From positions 1 through 11,561 of the forward strand of contig JBIKWN010000073.1 in the NCBI GenBank assembly GCA_044356295.1: a stretch of DNA of 11,561 nt. The letters are read 5' to 3'. Shown here one piece after another: positions 7,792-11,561 of the stretch. Below the pieces are notes generated by a model. That model saw only the letters and a program-made list of their open reading frames with translations, was not told the DNA's origin and did no database searches. The DNA comes from Bdellovibrionota bacterium. GTDB taxonomy: Bacteria > Bdellovibrionota_C > UBA2361 > JBIKWN01. Both the position numbers and the translations under genes were made by a program. Within the stretch, counting starts at the first letter, position 1. The number at the start of each line of letters is the position of its first letter.

Positions 7792-9432
7792 ATGGCAAAT
7801 TACAGCGCGAAAATACTCAATAATTCAGTTAGAAGCCTTAATGCGCAGCAGGCAATAATTGCCAATACCTCCAATAATATCGCTAACGTTAATACCCAGG
7901 GATATACCAGAAGGGTTGTTAATTTAGAAAACGTTATCGATAGAGGCACGGGCAGTGCCGGAATTCAGCTTGGCAGTGGTGTACAAGTCCAAGGGATCCA
8001 GCGAATGGCTGATGAATACATCAATAAGCTATTACAGACTCAAACAAGTAAACAATCTTCATCTGAGCTACAAGAATCTTTTGTCTCAAGAGTTGAGCAA
8101 CTTTTTAGCCTTACTGGTGAAACAGGAACGATAACAAAAGACGTCAATGCATTTTTTACTGCGCTGAATGATTTAACTATAAATCCGTCAAGTATAGAAG
8201 CAAGAAAAGTTGTTCTTGAAAAAGCTCAATCGTTAGTAACTTCGATTAGTGGGACATACAATACTCTTGCAGATCTCCAAGACGAAGCAGATCAACGAAT
8301 CTCAACTGAAATACAAACTGTTAATGGGCTTTTAGAACAAATAGCTCAGTCGAATAGCAACATAACGGCTATAGAGCGCTCAGGTGCAAATCAAGTTGCT
8401 GCTGATGATAGGGATAGACGAGACACTCTTTTACAACAACTTGCAAAAAAGATCTCATTTAATTCCGTTCCAAATACTGATGGAAGCGTCAACGTATATC
8501 TTACAAATGGATTTACACTCGTTTCTGGCAACAATAGCTACGAGTTGAATGTTACAAGGACTCCAAGTTTTGCTTCTTCTGCTCAACCACCATCATTAAG
8601 TGGTGGAGTTTTAAGCTCTATTACGTATGATTATTCAAATGGCGCAGGAACTGCTGATTTCGATCTCACACAAGTTCTGCAAAATGGAGAAGGTAGTATT
8701 GGTGCCCTTTTAAAAATGAGGGGTTATAACGACCCAGTGAATACATCTGCCTTTCAAGCGGATGGTTTTATCGTTGAGGTCGCTTCCAGAGTCGAAGCAC
8801 TTGCTCAAGATCTTTTAACACGTTTTAACACTACCTATCTTGGTAATGATGAAGATTCTGTAACAGCTGGTTTTCAACCAAATGCGTTAGATCTTGATGG
8901 CAATGTGCCATCTACGTATGGATTTTTTGATTTTGCATACTCTGGTGTGAAAGATGCAAACGCAAATGGACTTCCCGATGATCTTGCCTCACTCAATGTA
9001 ACAAGTTTTGCAAAAATTCTATCTTTAAATAATACCGATCCTAGGAAAGTAGCTGCTGCTCGTGATCAGAATCCAACAAATGGTGCTACTGCTTTAGTGA
9101 CTGGTAATGGCGAAAATATTCAGGCTTTAATGGGTCTTCGAACAGCCTCGACATCATTTTCTGCAGGAAATTTTTCATTAACAGGGACGTATGATGACAT
9201 TTATAATGAAACGATCTCCCACGTTTCAGCCGAGAAATCCTCTATTTCAAGCAGAGCCTCACTCGATAAAAATTATCTTATTAGTGTCCAATCACAGCGA
9301 GATGAAACATCAGCGGTAAGCCTCGATGAAGAATTTTCTAATCTGATCAGATTTCAAAAAGCATATCAAGCTTCTGCGAAAATGATCAAAGTAGCAGATG
9401 ATCTATTAACGACAATTATACAACTTATATGA
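7792..9432 (+). CDS. flgK: Flagellar hook-associated protein 1 FlgK
   Basis: 546 aa. The N-terminus 'SLNAQQAIIANTSNNIANVNTQGYTRRVV...GSGVQVQGIQRMADEY', the internal 'DRRDTLLQQLAK', and the C-terminus 'SAVSLDEEFSNLIRFQKAYQASAKMIKVADDLLTTIIQL' are FlgK signatures. Confidence 0.97.
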   Translation: MANYSAKILNNSVRSLNAQQAIIANTSNNIANVNTQGYTRRVVNLENVIDRGTGSAGIQLGSGVQVQGIQRMADEYINKLLQTQTSKQSSSELQESFVSRVEQLFSLTGETGTITKDVNAFFTALNDLTINPSSIEARKVVLEKAQSLVTSISGTYNTLADLQDEADQRISTEIQTVNGLLEQIAQSNSNITAIERSGANQVAADDRDRRDTLLQQLAKKISFNSVPNTDGSVNVYLTNGFTLVSGNNSYELNVTRTPSFASSAQPPSLSGGVLSSITYDYSNGAGTADFDLTQVLQNGEGSIGALLKMRGYNDPVNTSAFQADGFIVEVASRVEALAQDLLTRFNTTYLGNDEDSVTAGFQPNALDLDGNVPSTYGFFDFAYSGVKDANANGLPDDLASLNVTSFAKILSLNNTDPRKVAAARDQNPTNGATALVTGNGENIQALMGLRTASTSFSAGNFSLTGTYDDIYNETISHVSAEKSSISSRASLDKNYLISVQSQRDETSAVSLDEEFSNLIRFQKAYQASAKMIKVADDLLTTIIQLI

Positions 9433-10424
9433 CACGCGTAACAGAAGCACAGCTAGCATCGGGACTCTTAAATTATACTGCTCGTCATCGATCAAATATC
9501 AATCGATTAAATGATGATATTTCGAGTGGAATTCGTGTACGAAATCCAGGTGACTCAAACGTTGCAGGAACAATTTCATTGATGCAACAGAATCTTGAAA
9601 AAGCTGAAGGGTATAAAAATAGTATAGCTTCTGCAAAATCACGAATCGACTTTCAGGATAATGTGCTCACGCAAGTTAATGAACTATTAGTTCGAGCAAA
9701 AGAAATCGCAACTCAAGCAGCCAATGAATCACTGAGCCCAACAAATAGAAATCAGCTTTCAACTGAAGTAATGCAGATTCGGGATCACCTCGTAAGTCTT
9801 GCAAATTCACAGTACCAAGGAAAATATATTTACGGTGGAACGAGAGATGATGCACCGCCGTATAATGCACAGACTTATACAAATCCTTCGACTGGGCTGA
9901 ATTCACAGCGATACACGTATAGTACTGCTTACGGAACAACCGGAAGTGGTGCATTAAAGACGGTTAACCTCACTGATAACTTAACGCTGACACTGAATAC
10001 TCCGGGCAATCAGGTTTTTGATGATGCAATTCAGGGTCTCGAGAGATTGGGTCGTTCGATGGCAGGTTATAGAACAACGCTCGTTTCAGGTGTTCCTGAT
10101 GGAACCAGTGCTGCTTATACATTCCCAGCAGATTACTCTACGCAAACTCAAGACATAAAAGCTGCGATGGATTTCCTAGATAGCGCACGTCAAAACGATA
10201 TTTCAGTTGAGCGAGTAGATTTAGCTGGAAGAATGAGAAGAATTGAAACTGCTGAGTCTTTAGTGAATCTTACTAAGACTACAAGTAAGGAAGCATTAGA
10301 TAGCTTACAGAATACGGACATGTATACAGCGGCAACGGACTTAAGTCAGGCTCAAACCGCGTTACAAGCTTCGTTAACAGTAAGTACCAAAGTGCTCCAG
10401 ATGAGTATTTTAGATTATATCTAA
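9429..10424 (+). CDS. flgL: Flagellar hook-associated protein 3 FlgL
   Basis: 331 aa with flagellin-like termini: 'MTRVT...ISSGIRVRNPGD', 'LVSLANSQYQGKYIYGGT...PPY', and 'LSQAQTALQASLTVSTKVLQMSILDYI'. It has a 4-bp ATGA overlap with the flgK stop. Confidence 0.95.
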   Translation: MTRVTEAQLASGLLNYTARHRSNINRLNDDISSGIRVRNPGDSNVAGTISLMQQNLEKAEGYKNSIASAKSRIDFQDNVLTQVNELLVRAKEIATQAANESLSPTNRNQLSTEVMQIRDHLVSLANSQYQGKYIYGGTRDDAPPYNAQTYTNPSTGLNSQRYTYSTAYGTTGSGALKTVNLTDNLTLTLNTPGNQVFDDAIQGLERLGRSMAGYRTTLVSGVPDGTSAAYTFPADYSTQTQDIKAAMDFLDSARQNDISVERVDLAGRMRRIETAESLVNLTKTTSKEALDSLQNTDMYTAATDLSQAQTALQASLTVSTKVLQMSILDYI

Positions 10425-10510
10425 GGATAGACGTTAAAATTAGTAGTTTCGCAAAAACAAATGATTTTCTACTATTAAGGAAGTCGGCAAACGGAATTGA
10501 GATCGAGTAA

Positions 10511-10522
10511 GCCAAGGAAGGC
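10511..10522 (+). promoter_or_regulatory. Putative CsrA-binding hairpin overlapping the csrA Shine-Dalgarno
   Basis: GCC-AAGGAA-GGC forms a 3-bp GC stem with a GGA-containing hexaloop. The core CAAGGAAG matches the CsrA/RsmA consensus CANGGANG. It ends 2 nt before the ATG at 10525. Confidence 0.65.
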
Positions 10523-10524
10523 AT

Positions 10525-10881
10525 ATGTTAATACTGACAAGAAAACCTGGTGAAGTGATTTGTATCGGTGATGATATTTATATCACCATCGTTGAGATTA
10601 AAGGAAATCAGATTCGTGTCGGAATTGATGCGCCTAAAGCGCTTAGGGTGTTTCGAAAAGAGATCTACGACCAGATACAGGCAGAGAATAAAGCAGCTGC
10701 TCAGGTTGAAGGATCTCTAGAAGGTTTGCATGAGGTTATGAATCGTCAAGTAGTACAAAGAAGTAATGAAGAATCAAGCGGCACAAAACCAGTGTCCTCT
10801 TCGCCTCTTTCGCAGTTTACCACAGCTCGCGTCCAAGACAGGGCTCCTCAAGTAATTAAAAAGAGGAAGCGGGAGGAGTAA
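10525..10881 (+). CDS. csrA: Carbon storage regulator CsrA (FliW-regulated type) with a long C-terminal extension
   Basis: '[59 protein letters not shown]' is the CsrA core, with the RNA-binding Arg44 and the ENxxA motif found in FliW-partnered CsrAs. Total length is 118 aa. Confidence 0.96.
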   Translation: MLILTRKPGEVICIGDDIYITIVEIKGNQIRVGIDAPKALRVFRKEIYDQIQAENKAAAQVEGSLEGLHEVMNRQVVQRSNEESSGTKPVSSSPLSQFTTARVQDRAPQVIKKRKREE

Positions 10882-10882
10882 C

Positions 10883-11350
10883 ATGAGCGACGATACAGAA
10901 AATCAAGAAATGATTATTGTTGAAAGCTCTCGCTTTGGACCACTCGAAGTGACAGCCGAAAGTATTATCGAATTTCCATCTGGATTAATCGGTTTTCCAA
11001 GTGCAAAACGTTTTATCATGGTAGAGCATAAGGCTCCGTTTTCTTGGATTCAATCTCTTGATGAGCCAACATTAGCTTTTGTGGTAGTTGATGGTTTTGA
11101 TTTTGGAAGAAGTCTCGAACTAAAACCCCCACATAACGATGCAACAGTTGATTTTAATGCGCAGGATGAATATGCAATCTTACTGATTGTTACCGTCAGA
11201 CCAGATCCTAAGCAAACAACTGTAAATCTTAAGGCGCCACTCTTTATTAATATAAAGAATAAGCGGGGAACCCAAACAATTTACGATGATCCTCGTTACA
11301 GTGTTCGATATCCACTTTGGAAAGAAGAAGACGAAGAAGAGTCTAAGTAA
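10883..11350 (+). CDS. fliW: Flagellar assembly factor / CsrA antagonist FliW
   Basis: 'SSRFGPLEV...IIEFPSGLIGF...PFSWIQSLDEPTLAFVVV...TTVNLKAPLFIN...GTQTI...YSVRYPL'. It starts 1 nt after the csrA stop, with a GGAGGAG Shine-Dalgarno inside the csrA 3' end. Confidence 0.95.
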   Translation: MSDDTENQEMIIVESSRFGPLEVTAESIIEFPSGLIGFPSAKRFIMVEHKAPFSWIQSLDEPTLAFVVVDGFDFGRSLELKPPHNDATVDFNAQDEYAILLIVTVRPDPKQTTVNLKAPLFINIKNKRGTQTIYDDPRYSVRYPLWKEEDEEESK

Positions 11351-11561
11351 TTTCTGTACATTTTTGTACACATACTGGTACAACTGCGCATTATCGACCA
11401 ATTTCACAAAAACTTGACATAAATCCTTAGTCAAAAACTATCCAACATCACTTTTTTACAAAGTGGATACAAAACTTATGGTCAAAATGTTGACCAAGGA
11501 TCATCTGTTATAGAGTCGCTTCGGTTTTTTGACACCGAGGCTGATTTTTAGCAAAGGAAGG
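11351..11561 (+). promoter_or_regulatory. Regulatory region for the next gene beyond the window, with several dyad motifs
   Basis: TGTACA-TTTT-TGTACA (11355-11370), TTGAC-N11-GTCAA (11414-11434), a perfect TGGTCAA-AATG-TTGACCA (11479-11496), the hairpin GCTTCGGT-N8-ACCGAGGC, GG-N10-GC at 11539-11552, and an SD-like AGGAAGG at 11555-11561. Confidence 0.55.

Noticed and set aside
9429..10424. Calling this gene flagellin (fliC)
   Set aside because: The overlap with flgK, the 'ANSQYQGKYIYGG' motif and the 'SILDYI' end identify it as FlgL.
11376..11390. TGGTACAACTGCGCA as a sigma54 promoter
   Set aside because: GG-to-GC spacing is 7 or 9 nt, not the required 10.
9676..11434. Minus-strand ORFs 9676..9954, 10279..10524 and 11180..11434
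   Set aside because: Antisense overlaps with flgL and fliW with no recognisable motifs.
11447..11469. Hairpin CACTTT-TTTAC-AAAGTG as the fliW terminator
   Set aside because: Weak AT-rich stem with no downstream U-tract.

Overview
This is an AT-rich bacterial chromosomal window. The gene order flgK-flgL-csrA-fliW, a sigma54-type promoter and a giant Tad pseudopilin suggest a Deltaproteobacteria/Bdellovibrionota-like organism, but that is inference only. On the minus strand are lemA and a DUF2207-family membrane protein (1692 to <1) that the ORF track missed because it runs off the left edge. On the plus strand, after an AT-rich divergent intergenic region, are six genes. The first encodes an 807-aa metallo-beta-lactamase-fold hydrolase with two C-terminal cyclic-nucleotide-binding domains, the architecture of Dictyostelium PdeD/PdeE (GbpA/GbpB) phosphodiesterases. 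The second encodes an isolated 882-aa, 22-Cys TadE-like pseudopilin whose pilin fold appears split by an insert of about 730 aa. The rest are flgK, flgL, a C-terminally extended csrA, and fliW. Non-coding signals include a near-consensus sigma54 promoter before flgK, four ANGGA motifs before csrA (one in a hairpin over the Shine-Dalgarno), and FleQ-box-like GTCAA/TTGAC dyads at the right end. I saw no RNA genes, CRISPR arrays or mobile elements. The best novelty candidates are the giant split TadE and the cNMP phosphodiesterase next to it. Any functional link between them and the flagellar genes rests on adjacency alone.
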